Source of the DNA: an uncultured delta proteobacterium
GTDB lineage: Bacteria; Desulfobacterota; Binatia; DP-6
DNA: 45,813 nucleotides
Assembly: GCA_963815115.1 (NCBI GenBank)
Contig: CAWFFN010000002.1
Location: 1 to 45,813, forward strand
Direction of reading: 5' to 3'
Position numbers and translations under genes: made by a program
Notes under the pieces: model-generated
Database searches by the model: none
Seen by the model: the letters and a program-made list of their open reading frames with translations, nothing else
Told to the model about the DNA's origin: nothing
Shown: positions 10,248-18,998 of the stretch, one piece after another
How positions within the stretch are numbered: position 1 is the stretch's first letter
Layout: each line of letters opens with the position of its first letter

Positions 10248-10721
10248 ATGGGCAAGATCGACGATGCGCTCAAGCAGCCGCAGCTCGATACGCTGCGGAA
10301 GGAGTATTCGAACCCGGACGCCGTCCAGATCCTGAGCAGGGGGATCCCGGCCCTCGACGACCGGACCGCGACGTACATCGACGCGATCCGGAGCGCGTTC
10401 TACGACGGCACCGCCATGCGGCCCAAGGACCGCGAGCGCTGCCTCATCGCGATCCTCTCGTCGCGCGACGCCGGCCTCAACCTCGCGATCCACGTCTACC
10501 TCGGGTTGATGCGGGGCCTCTCGCCCGGAGAGATCGCGGACATCATCTTCCTCGGCGGCATCTACACGGGAGTGGATCGCATGAGCGACGGCCTCGCTGC
10601 GGAGATGAAGACGCTCACGGTGCTCGCGCAGGTCGCGACTCCGCCGGGGAATTGCAAGGTGGCGGACGTCATGAAGGCGCTGCACGATGCCTTCACCGCG
10701 CCGCTCCCACCGAGTCCGTGA
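10248..10721 (+). CDS. Carboxymuconolactone decarboxylase/AhpD-like protein (no CxxC)
   Basis: MRPKDRERCLIAIL...LAIHVYLGLMRGLSPGEIADII...IYTGV; GAGGT RBS before ATG 10248. Confidence 0.75.
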   Translation: MGKIDDALKQPQLDTLRKEYSNPDAVQILSRGIPALDDRTATYIDAIRSAFYDGTAMRPKDRERCLIAILSSRDAGLNLAIHVYLGLMRGLSPGEIADIIFLGGIYTGVDRMSDGLAAEMKTLTVLAQVATPPGNCKVADVMKALHDAFTAPLPPSP

Positions 10722-10736
10722 ACGGCCATGCCCCGC

Positions 10737-11594
10737 TCACGCGCCGGCCCGCGGCATGCAGAACGTGAGGCAGTAGTAGTAGCGACTCACCTGCTCCGAG
10801 ACCACGGCGCTGGCTCCGGGAGGCAGGAGGGCGAGCGGGCTGCCCGGCGCGGCCGTGTAGAATGTGAGCGCACGGAACACCAGGCGATGGAACGCCGAAC
10901 GACGACTCCCGGGGTCGAGCTGCTCGTCGACGACCACGATGGGCGTATCGGGCCGGGCCACACGAGCCATCTCCGCCAGCCCCCGGCGCGGATCACCGTA
11001 TCCGCCGATCCCGCCGACGTGGAAGACGCGGTCGAAGGAGGCGTCCGCGAACGGGAGCGCGTGCGCGTCGGCGGCGAGCAGACGCATCCGGCGGCCCGGA
11101 TGGCGAGCGAGCCGTCGGCGGCAGCGAGCGAGCATCCCGTCGCTCAGGTCGAGCCCCCAGAGCTCCACGTCGAGCTCGCGCGGCAGATCGCGGTCGAGGA
11201 GGGACAGGTTCGCGCCTGCCCCGACGCCGACCTCGAGGATGCGGAGCTGGCGGCCGTCGGCGGAGGGCCGGAGATCGCCGAGGGCGAGACGCGTCATGTA
11301 GCCGTCGCGGGCGGCGCGCTCGGACATTCCCTGCAGCGGAGGAAAGAGCGCACGGGTTACCGGGTCGTGCAGGGGGGCGAACCAGTCGTAGAGCACCCGC
11401 ATGAAGCGATCGGCGCGCTGGACGCGGTCCTCGTCGACCAGCCGCGGCAGACCGGCACACACTGGCCAACCGCGCCGGCAGCGCCCGCAACGCAAGGCGC
11501 CGGTGTCGAGCTCGTCTCCCGCGAGCTGTCCTTCGAATTCGAGTGGCCCGCGGCATGCGGGGCATGCGAGGGTGCCGACGTCCGCAGGCGTCAT
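10737..11594 (-). CDS. Class I SAM-dependent methyltransferase with N-terminal Trm112-like Zn module
   Basis: LACPACRGPL...LRCGRC...GLPRL; ILEVGVGAG, GLDLSDGML, ALPFADASFDRV. Confidence 0.85.
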   Translation of the reverse strand: MTPADVGTLACPACRGPLEFEGQLAGDELDTGALRCGRCRRGWPVCAGLPRLVDEDRVQRADRFMRVLYDWFAPLHDPVTRALFPPLQGMSERAARDGYMTRLALGDLRPSADGRQLRILEVGVGAGANLSLLDRDLPRELDVELWGLDLSDGMLARCRRRLARHPGRRMRLLAADAHALPFADASFDRVFHVGGIGGYGDPRRGLAEMARVARPDTPIVVVDEQLDPGSRRSAFHRLVFRALTFYTAAPGSPLALLPPGASAVVSEQVSRYYYCLTFCMPRAGA

Positions 11595-11697
11595 CGACCT
11601 GGCCGCTCACATATCGACGTCGACCCCGCTGCGCAAAGACTCCCGCTCGCGCGGTCGAAGCTGGTGACGCCCGTCGCGCCGCGGAGGAGAGCGACGC

Positions 11698-14600
11698 ATG
11701 CGCTGCGCGGCATGTAGCCACGAGAACCTCCCCGGCGCCCGCTTCTGCAGCGGGTGCGGCGCCGGTCTGGAGCGAATCTGTGCGGGCTGCGGCCATGCAA
11801 GCGGCGCCGGCGCGCAGTTCTGCAGCGCCTGTGGCCGGAGCATGGCCTCCGGGGTGGCAGCGGTGGAGAACCGGGCGCCGGCGACGGATACGCTGGTCGG
11901 GGAGCGACGGCAGCTGACGGTGCTCTTCTGCGACGTCGTCGGATCGACGGATCTCGCGGCACGTCTCGACCCGGAGGAATGGCACTCGATCAGTGCGCGC
12001 TATCACCGCTGCGGCGCCGAGGCCGTCGAGCGCTTCGGAGGCCACGTCGCCAAGTTCCTCGGAGACGGTTTCCTCACGTACTTCGGCTACCCGCTCGCCT
12101 ACGACGACGGCCCGGAGCGCGGCACACGGGCTGGCATCGCCATCCTCGATGCACTCGTCCCGCTGAACGAGCGTCTCGAGAAGGAGCACGGAGCCCGGCT
12201 GGCAGTCCGGGTCGGTATCCACACCGGCGACGTGGTGATCGGCGAGGGCGGCGGGAAGGACACCGAGGTGTTCGGCGAAGCGGTGCACCTGGCAGCGCGT
12301 GTACAGCAGCTCGCCGGGTCGAACGAGATCCTCATCAGCGAAACGACGTGCCGCCTCGTGTCCGGGCTCTTCGTGATGGAGGAGCGCGGCGCCCATGCGC
12401 TCCGCGGCATCCCGAAGCCCGTCGCCCTCTACCGGGTGCTGCAGCCGACCGGCGCGCGAGGTCGCTTGCAGACTTCCGGCTTGCGCGGGCTGACGCCGTT
12501 CGTGGGACGCGAGGCGGAACGTTCGCTGCTGCTCAGCCGCTGGGAACGGGCGCAGGAGGGCGAGGGCCAGGTCGTGCTGGTCAGCGGCGATCCAGGGATC
12601 GGAAAGTCGCGCCTTCTGCAGGTGTTCCGGGACGACATCGCCGGGCATGCCCAGACGTGGGTCGAGTGCGCCGCCTCCTCCTGTCACACGAGCACTCCGT
12701 TCTTCTGCGTGATCGACATGATCCAGCAAGGTCTCGCGAGGCAGTGCGGCGAGTCGCTGGAGCAGCGGCTCATCCTCCTCGAGCGGGCGCTGACCACGAC
12801 CGGTCTCGATCCCGCAGAGGGCGTGCCGCTGCTGGCTGGCCTGATCGGACTGTCACTGCCCCCCGGGCGGTATCCGCCGCTCGCGGGCTCGCCGGCGCAG
12901 CAGCGCGAGCGCCTGATGGCGACGCTCGCCCGCTGGCTCCTCGCGGCGGCCGCGATCCAGCCGGCGGTGCTGGTCGTCGAGGACCTGATGTGGGCCGACC
13001 CCTCGACGATCGAGCTGCTCGAGCTCCTCGGGCAGCAGGCGGCGACGGCGCCGGTGCTGTTGCTGTACACGGCCCGCCCGGAGTTTCGATGCACGTGGCC
13101 AGCGCGTTCGAACCTCACGGTCGTGACCCTGAACCGGCTCGGGCAGCACCACGTGCGACAGATGATCGCGAGCCGCAGTGACTCGACCGCCCTGCCGGAC
13201 CTCGTCGACACGCTGGTCGCACGGAGCGACGGCGTGCCGCTGTTCGCAGAGGAGCTGACGAGTCTGGTGACGGACGCGGGACGCCTGCCGCAAAGCGAGG
13301 TGCCGGCGACGCTCCAGGATCTCCTGACGGCGCGGCTCGATCGCCTCGGGCCGGCACGGCGCATCGCGCAGATCGGGGCGGCGATCGGCCGCGAGTTTTC
13401 GTACCGTCTGCTGGAGGTGATCGCCGGATCGACGGTGCCGGATCTCCACCAGGCCCTGGCCCGTCTGACGGACGCCGAGCTGCTGTACGCGCGGGGGTTC
13501 CCTCCCGATGCAGCCTACGTCTTCAAGCACGCGCTCATTCGCGACGCGGCGTACGGCACGCTCCTGAAGAGCCGCCGCCGCGAGCTGCACGTCGCCATCG
13601 CGCGAGCCCTCGCCGACGGCTTTCCGGACACCGTGGAAGCGATGCCGGAGCTGCTCGCTCACCACTTCACCGAAGCGGGCGAGCTCGAGACGGCATGGCG
13701 AGAGTGGCAGCGAGCCGGCGAGCTGGCCGTCGCACGCTCGGCGCTGCTCGAAGCCGCCGGTCACTTCAGGACGGGACTGGAGCTGCTCGCTACCCTCCCC
13801 GACGCGACCGGACGGGTGCAGCAGGCGTTGAACCTGCAGGTTCTTCTGGGCCAGGCGCTGGCGGCGACCAAGGGCTATGGGGCACGCGACGTCACGGACG
13901 CGTTCGCCCGCGCGCGCGAGCTCGCCCGGAAGGCGGGCGGGACGCCGGAGCTCCTGTCGGTGCTGTTCGGTCTCTGGGCCTCGATCGCCGGACAGGGAGA
14001 GCTCGGTGTTGCCCGCACCCTCGCGGACGAGCTGCTGGTGGTGGCGGAGCGTGCCGGGATGCGTACCGAGATGGTCTGGGGTCACCTGGCCCACGGCATC
14101 AACCACTACTCGCTCGGCGATCACCCGGCGGCACGGGAGCACCTGGCGCGCGTCGTCGCCCTGTACCGGGAGGTCGAGCGACCGGCCAGCCCGTCGGATC
14201 CGGGCGTCATGGCGCTCAGCTACGCGACGGTCAACTCGTGGACGCTCGGGCTCGTCGACGAATCGCGCGAGCGAAGCCGCGAGTCGCTCGAGCTGGCGCA
14301 GCACCTGCAGAATCCGCTCGCGGTCGCGTGGGCGCGCTTCTTCACGGGTGCGCTCCACGTGTTCTTGAGGGAGCCACGGCGCGCGCTCGAGCACGTCGAC
14401 CCGCTCATCAGTCTCTCCACCGAGCACGGGTTCGCGCTCTTCGTGGGTCTGGCCACGATCGTCCGCGGTGCCGCCCTCTCCGAGGACGGCCGGCACGACG
14501 AGGGCGTCGGAGAGCTCCGGAAGGGGCTCGCCGTGTATCGCACCACCGGCCAGCGGGTCTCGCACCGTCTGTACCTCTGCTGGTTGGCGCAGGCGTACGC

Positions 14601-14970
14601 CGCCGCCGGTGCGCTCGAGGAGGCCGCCGCGACGGTCGACGAGGCCCTCGGCATGCCCACCGACGAGCGCCTGTTCGAGCCCGAGCTGCACCGGCTGCGC
14701 GCCGAGCTGCTGGCACGGCAGAGCGCAGAGCCGGCCCGCGTGGAGGCGAGCTTTCGCGAGGCGATCGAGCTCGCGCATCGGCAGGCGGCTCGTTCCCTCG
14801 AGCTGCGCGCGGCCACGAGCCATGCCCGGTGGTTGCGGATCGCCGGGCGCGGGGCCGAGGGGCGGCGGCACCTCGAGGATGCGTGTGAGTGGTTCTCCGC
14901 CGCCACCGACACGCGGGATCTGGCCGACGCGAGAACGGTGCTGCGAGAGCTCACAGGTCACGGCCCGTGA
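11698..14970 (+). CDS. Double zinc ribbon - class III nucleotidyl cyclase - AAA/STAND ATPase - TPR-like protein
   Basis: Four CxxC pairs; ERRQLTVLFCDVVGST, KFLGDG, VRVGIHTG; TPFVGRE, GDPGIGKS, LVVEDLMWAD, YVFKHALIRDAAY; helical C-terminus ending ARSLELRAA. Confidence 0.93.
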   Translation: MRCAACSHENLPGARFCSGCGAGLERICAGCGHASGAGAQFCSACGRSMASGVAAVENRAPATDTLVGERRQLTVLFCDVVGSTDLAARLDPEEWHSISARYHRCGAEAVERFGGHVAKFLGDGFLTYFGYPLAYDDGPERGTRAGIAILDALVPLNERLEKEHGARLAVRVGIHTGDVVIGEGGGKDTEVFGEAVHLAARVQQLAGSNEILISETTCRLVSGLFVMEERGAHALRGIPKPVALYRVLQPTGARGRLQTSGLRGLTPFVGREAERSLLLSRWERAQEGEGQVVLVSGDPGIGKSRLLQVFRDDIAGHAQTWVECAASSCHTSTPFFCVIDMIQQGLARQCGESLEQRLILLERALTTTGLDPAEGVPLLAGLIGLSLPPGRYPPLAGSPAQQRERLMATLARWLLAAAAIQPAVLVVEDLMWADPSTIELLELLGQQAATAPVLLLYTARPEFRCTWPARSNLTVVTLNRLGQHHVRQMIASRSDSTALPDLVDTLVARSDGVPLFAEELTSLVTDAGRLPQSEVPATLQDLLTARLDRLGPARRIAQIGAAIGREFSYRLLEVIAGSTVPDLHQALARLTDAELLYARGFPPDAAYVFKHALIRDAAYGTLLKSRRRELHVAIARALADGFPDTVEAMPELLAHHFTEAGELETAWREWQRAGELAVARSALLEAAGHFRTGLELLATLPDATGRVQQALNLQVLLGQALAATKGYGARDVTDAFARARELARKAGGTPELLSVLFGLWASIAGQGELGVARTLADELLVVAERAGMRTEMVWGHLAHGINHYSLGDHPAAREHLARVVALYREVERPASPSDPGVMALSYATVNSWTLGLVDESRERSRESLELAQHLQNPLAVAWARFFTGALHVFLREPRRALEHVDPLISLSTEHGFALFVGLATIVRGAALSEDGRHDEGVGELRKGLAVYRTTGQRVSHRLYLCWLAQAYAAAGALEEAAATVDEALGMPTDERLFEPELHRLRAELLARQSAEPARVEASFREAIELAHRQAARSLELRAATSHARWLRIAGRGAEGRRHLEDACEWFSAATDTRDLADARTVLRELTGHGP

Positions 14971-14989
14971 CGGGCGATCGCCGGGATAC

Positions 14990-15032
14990 ATCACCTCGAC
15001 AGTATGAGGTGATAGTTATAGCATCGCCTCAT
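14990..15032 (+). promoter_or_regulatory. Probable autoregulatory operator with three half-sites
   Basis: ATCACCTC-N8-GAGGTGAT (14990-15013) is a perfect inverted repeat. ATGAGGTGAT-N9-ATCGCCTCAT (15004-15032) matches 9/10 and overlaps a TATAGC -10-like hexamer and the start codon. Confidence 0.6.
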
Positions 15033-16029
15033 GGCCGAACGTGTCGAGCGCGTGCGCCGGCTGCTCGGACGCCTGGGCGAGGTCTCGAACCACGATGTCG
15101 CGCGCGCGCTGCGGGTGTCGGCCGCCACCACGCACCGGCTGCTGCGGGCGCTCGTGGAGGGAGGTGTCCTCGAGCGGCACGGGCGGGGCCCTGCAGCGCG
15201 TTACCGCCTGCGCAGCGTCAGACGTCGGTTCCGCCTGGTGGGTTTGGAGGAGGACCGCGCGTGGGAGCAGGTCGCGACGGACATTGCCCGCATCCGACCG
15301 CTCGCAGCCGACGACTCGCAGAGCCTCCGCTATGCCGCCAGCGAAATACTCAACAATGCCATCGAGCATTCACGAGGGACCGCGGTGCGGGTCGGCGTGT
15401 CGTTCGAGGCGGCAGGCATGACCGTCACTACGATCGAGGATGACGGGGTCGGGGTGTTCCGTCGTCTGTGCGACGATTTCGACTTCCGTTCCCCTCACGA
15501 TGCCATCGTGCAGCTCGAGAAGGGCAAGCTCACGAGCGACCCGGAGCACCATAGCGGCGAGGGCATCTTCTTCTCCTCGAAAGTTGTTTCGCGCTTTCGC
15601 CTGGAGAGCCAGGGTGTGGCGTGGATCGTCGACAATCTCACGCCCGACACGGCCATCGGGCCGAGCGACGTTCGGCGTGGAACCCGGGTCACGCTGACGG
15701 TTGCGGAGGGCCGTGTACCTCGCCTGCAGGAGGTGTTCCGCACCTACACCACCCCCGAGTCGCTGGGATTCGTGCGGACCCGAACCACCGTGAAGCTGAG
15801 CGCACTGGGGACCGGCCTGATCTCCCGGTCGGAGGCGCGCCGAGTGCTCCAGCGCGTGACGGAGTTCACGCACGTCACGCTCGATTTCTCGGGTGTCGAG
15901 GTGGTGGGGCAGGGCTTCTGCGACGAGGTCTTCCGGGTCTTCGCGCGCCGCCACCCGGAGATCGCCTTCGAACCCGTGGGCATGAACGACGCGGTGGCAT
16001 TCATGGTGGCCCGGGCGCGCGCGAGGTGA
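15031..16029 (+). CDS. wHTH + HATPase-like + STAS-like (DUF4325) protein
   Basis: VARALRVSAATTHRLLRALV (HTH); SEILNNAIEHS, IEDDGVG, HSGEGIFFSSK; LISRSEARR, LDFSGVEVVGQGFCDEVFRVF. Confidence 0.85.
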   Translation: MAERVERVRRLLGRLGEVSNHDVARALRVSAATTHRLLRALVEGGVLERHGRGPAARYRLRSVRRRFRLVGLEEDRAWEQVATDIARIRPLAADDSQSLRYAASEILNNAIEHSRGTAVRVGVSFEAAGMTVTTIEDDGVGVFRRLCDDFDFRSPHDAIVQLEKGKLTSDPEHHSGEGIFFSSKVVSRFRLESQGVAWIVDNLTPDTAIGPSDVRRGTRVTLTVAEGRVPRLQEVFRTYTTPESLGFVRTRTTVKLSALGTGLISRSEARRVLQRVTEFTHVTLDFSGVEVVGQGFCDEVFRVFARRHPEIAFEPVGMNDAVAFMVARARAR

Positions 16030-16100
16030 CGCCGGATTGGCGACACAGGGCTGGAGCGGCGTCGTTGATGGGAGCGGCAGCCCGGTCGAGGGCGCGTGCG

Positions 16101-16790
16101 TCACCACCTCGCCATCAGCGGGCTCAACGTATCGGCCTGTCCTGGCGTCCAGCGCGTGCCGAGGAGCCGCCAGTTCATGCGCGGGAAGTAGTCGTAGCGG
16201 CGGCCCAGCTCGGCGATGAAGAGCGTCATCCGCTCGACGAAGCGCGCGTTGGCCAGACGCCCCGCGTCCAGGTATCGGAACGGCGAGCCCTCGACCAGCT
16301 CGAAGAAGCGGTGCTTCGCCGGGGCGTCGTCGGCGACGACGTAGACATCGCTCGGCTGGCCATCGAACTCCGGCGCATCGAACACTTCCCACCAGACGTT
16401 CTTCCAGGCACCCACCACCCGCATGCGCGGAAAGCGGTGCTGGAGCTGCTCCGCCCCGCTCGTGTCCCACGGCAGGATGAAGTCGTCGTAGGTGTCGTTG
16501 AACGGGTTCGTGATGTCGATGACGATCTTCCCGTTCAGATCGTCACGGAACGGCTCGAGCGTCTCGAGCATGCCGTCGCGCAGGAACATGGCTGGGAGGA
16601 CCACCTCGGCCGCGACGGCGCCCGCATAATCGACCCCCTCGATCCGCCGGGCATCGAGCGCTTGGGCGATGCGACGTGCCCGTGCCGGATCTCGCGAACC
16701 CAGCCGTACGCGGTGACCGCGCTCTGCAAAGAGCCGTGCAAGCCGCACCCCCATTCGACCCGTCCCTAGAACTCCGATCGTCGTGTCCAT
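16101..16790 (-). CDS. NADPH-dependent F420 reductase-like / NADP oxidoreductase
   Basis: ATG 16790 after AAGGAGGAGG; IGVLGTGRMG, LGSRDP, GKIVIDITNPF, SGAEQLQ, VVGAWKNV. Confidence 0.85.
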   Translation of the reverse strand: MDTTIGVLGTGRMGVRLARLFAERGHRVRLGSRDPARARRIAQALDARRIEGVDYAGAVAAEVVLPAMFLRDGMLETLEPFRDDLNGKIVIDITNPFNDTYDDFILPWDTSGAEQLQHRFPRMRVVGAWKNVWWEVFDAPEFDGQPSDVYVVADDAPAKHRFFELVEGSPFRYLDAGRLANARFVERMTLFIAELGRRYDYFPRMNWRLLGTRWTPGQADTLSPLMARW

Positions 16791-16959
16791 GTCCGTCCTC
16801 CTCCTTATGGTTCGAGACGTCCGACCAGTTCTTTCCTTCTCTTGGTCATCGTGCCGGATGCCCTTCGCTTCGCCGTCCCCGCAGAAGGCAACGTTCCGCT
16901 GCACGTCCGGGCTGTCGCGGACATCGGCCACGTCCACCGCGGTGATGAAACCAACGTGA

Positions 16960-17775
16960 CTAGCGGACGCAGCGGAAGCCGATGGCGTCGGACGAGCCGG
17001 ACGGCACGTTGTCGCCAGCGACCGCGAGCGGTCCGGCACCCGCCCCGTCGAACCAGCCGCCGCCGCGCAGCAGCGCCCCGGGTTCACCTGTGGTGTCCGC
17101 ACCAGCCAGGCACTGGATGTCGCCCGTCGGGCTGACGCCAGCGCTCCAGCTGCCGCACACCCTCGACCTCGGCACCCACTCGGCCACCCACTCGAACAGG
17201 TTGCCGACCATGTCGAAGGCACCAAGCGACGAGACGCAGCTGCTGCGAGATCCCGTGAGCTCCACCGACATCGTGCTGGATGTGTTGCAATCCGTCGTGC
17301 CGTTGTCCGGCCCCGGGTCGGGCGTCCCCGCCACCGCCGCTTGCCACTCCGCACTGGACGGCAGCCGCTTGCCTGCGTAGGTGCACGCCGCCTGCGCCTG
17401 GAACCACGTGAGGAACGCCGACGGTGTCACGCCCGGCAGGCTCACCGCGTAGATGTCGTTGGTGCAGTTCTGCCCGCCGGCGGCGCACGGCGCGTAGTCG
17501 TCGAACGCGGTGCCGAGCAGCGTCGCACCGCCGGCCGTCAACAGCGCGGCCGTTGCCTTGCCCTGCTGAATCTTCGCCACCAACCCCTTGTTGGTCGTCG
17601 TCGGGTTCGGCACGCGCCACACGCTCGCCTCGTACTTGTCCATGCACCCCGCGCCCGACACCACCGCGTCCACCGGGCACTTCGTGAGTGGTCCCCCTGG
17701 CGGGCTGGCGGCCCCGGCCGCGCCCGCCAGCAGCAGCGCTGCCGCCACCGTAATTCCGTTCGAGATGTGTCGCAT
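16960..17775 (-). CDS. Secreted FGE/SUMF1-type C-type-lectin-fold (Mtd-like) protein, copy 1
   Basis: Signal peptide; CMDKYEAS, TWFQAQAAC, GKRLPSSAEW, GAFDMVGNLFEWV, LLRGG...IGFRCVR. Lacks the FGE catalytic CxxxxC. Confidence 0.85.
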   Translation of the reverse strand: MRHISNGITVAAALLLAGAAGAASPPGGPLTKCPVDAVVSGAGCMDKYEASVWRVPNPTTTNKGLVAKIQQGKATAALLTAGGATLLGTAFDDYAPCAAGGQNCTNDIYAVSLPGVTPSAFLTWFQAQAACTYAGKRLPSSAEWQAAVAGTPDPGPDNGTTDCNTSSTMSVELTGSRSSCVSSLGAFDMVGNLFEWVAEWVPRSRVCGSWSAGVSPTGDIQCLAGADTTGEPGALLRGGGWFDGAGAGPLAVAGDNVPSGSSDAIGFRCVR

Positions 17776-17971
17776 GACTCTCTCCTTTTGTTTTGCTCGT
17801 CGTGCCGGATGCCCTCCGCCTCGCCGTCGCCGCAGAGGCGATGTTCCGGCGGCACGTCCGGGTTGGGGTGTTCCGCGACCGTTCGCGAATGTTTCGCGAA
17901 AGGGCGGGCTTTACGTCAGCCGTCAGCTGCGGGCATGGGCCGCGTCCACCGCGGTGATGAGACCAACGTGA

Positions 17972-18781
17972 CTAGCGGACGCAGCGGAAGCCGATGAAGA
18001 CGCGCGAGCTGGACGGCACGCCGGAGCCAACCACTGCGAGCGGGCCAGCCGACGAACCGTTGCGGAAGTCGCCGCCCCGCAGCAGCGCACCGGGACCGCC
18101 TGCCGTCGAACTCGCCCCAAAGAGGCACATCAAGTCGTCGCTCAAGCCTCCCCAGTTCGAGCAGTCCGTCGAGAGCGGCACCCAGTCCGCCACCCACTCG
18201 TCCAGGTTGCCCACCATGTCGAAGGCCCCACGCGCCGATACGCAGGCGCTGCGCGATCCGGTGCTGGCCACGATGTCGGTCGCGCTGTTGCAGTCCGTCA
18301 TCCGATTGTCCGGCCCGGGGTCCGGCGTCCCGTTCGCCGCCACCTGCCACTCCGCGCTCGTCGGCAGCCGCTTGCCGGCATTGGCGCACGCTTCCTCCGC
18401 CTGGAACCACGTGATGTGGGCCGACGGCGTCACGCCCGGCAGGCTCACCGCGTAGATGTCGTCGATGCAGTTCTGTCCGCTGGCGGAGCATGGCGCGTAG
18501 TCGTCACCCGCGGTGCCGAGCTGCGTCGCACCGCTTGCCGTCAAGACCGCGGCCGTCGCCTTGCCCTTCTGAATTCTCATCACCAACCCCGCGTTGGTCG
18601 TCGTCGGGTTCGGCACCCGCCACACGCTCGCTTCGTACCTGTCCATGCACCCGGCGCCCGACACCACCGCGTCCACCGGGCACTTCGTGAGTGGGCCGCT
18701 CGGTGGGCCGACGGCCCCGGCCGCGCCCGCCAGCAGCACCAACGCTGCCGCTACCGCAATTTCTGTCGCCATGTGTCTCAT
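17972..18781 (-). CDS. Secreted FGE/SUMF1-type C-type-lectin-fold (Mtd-like) protein, copy 2
   Basis: ATG 18781 after GGAGG; same motifs as copy 1 (CMDRYEAS, GKRLPTSAEW, DMVGNLDEWV, IGFRCVR). Confidence 0.85.
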   Translation of the reverse strand: MRHMATEIAVAAALVLLAGAAGAVGPPSGPLTKCPVDAVVSGAGCMDRYEASVWRVPNPTTTNAGLVMRIQKGKATAAVLTASGATQLGTAGDDYAPCSASGQNCIDDIYAVSLPGVTPSAHITWFQAEEACANAGKRLPTSAEWQVAANGTPDPGPDNRMTDCNSATDIVASTGSRSACVSARGAFDMVGNLDEWVADWVPLSTDCSNWGGLSDDLMCLFGASSTAGGPGALLRGGDFRNGSSAGPLAVVGSGVPSSSRVFIGFRCVR

Positions 18782-18961
18782 TGGTTCTGACCTCCTGCTT
18801 CGCTCGCTGTTTCGGGCGGTTGAGGGCCGCCACTTCTCGGGGACTCCGACGGACATCGAGCGCCCCGCTCCGACAGCACCTCGTGCGCTCGCCCCGACAG
18901 GGATTGGTTTCCGACCGTCCTGCACGTGCCCCGTCATACGAACGGTCTGGTTCTGAGTCTA

Positions 18962-18998
18962 ATGCATGCTATGAACTTCCATCATGCGCCAGCGGAAT
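18962..18998. promoter_or_regulatory. Paired LysR-type T-N11-A boxes
   Basis: ATGCATGCTATGAAC (18962-18976) and ATGCGCCAGCGGAAT (18984-18998) are 22 bp apart at the start of the divergent LysR gene. Confidence 0.5.

Larger units (their letters stand above)
16846..18781 (-). repeat. Tandem duplication (~1.0 kb unit = gene + downstream non-coding region)
   Basis: Stop codons are 1012 bp apart. Non-coding blocks 16917-16959 ~ 17929-17971 and 16846-16914 ~ 17796-17865 are homologous, with about 61 extra nt at 17866-17928. Confidence 0.9.

Noticed and set aside
16960-18781. Formylglycine-generating enzymes maturing the nearby arylsulfatase
   Set aside because: Both lack the FGE catalytic RGGS-x-x-C-x4-C motif; they share only the fold.
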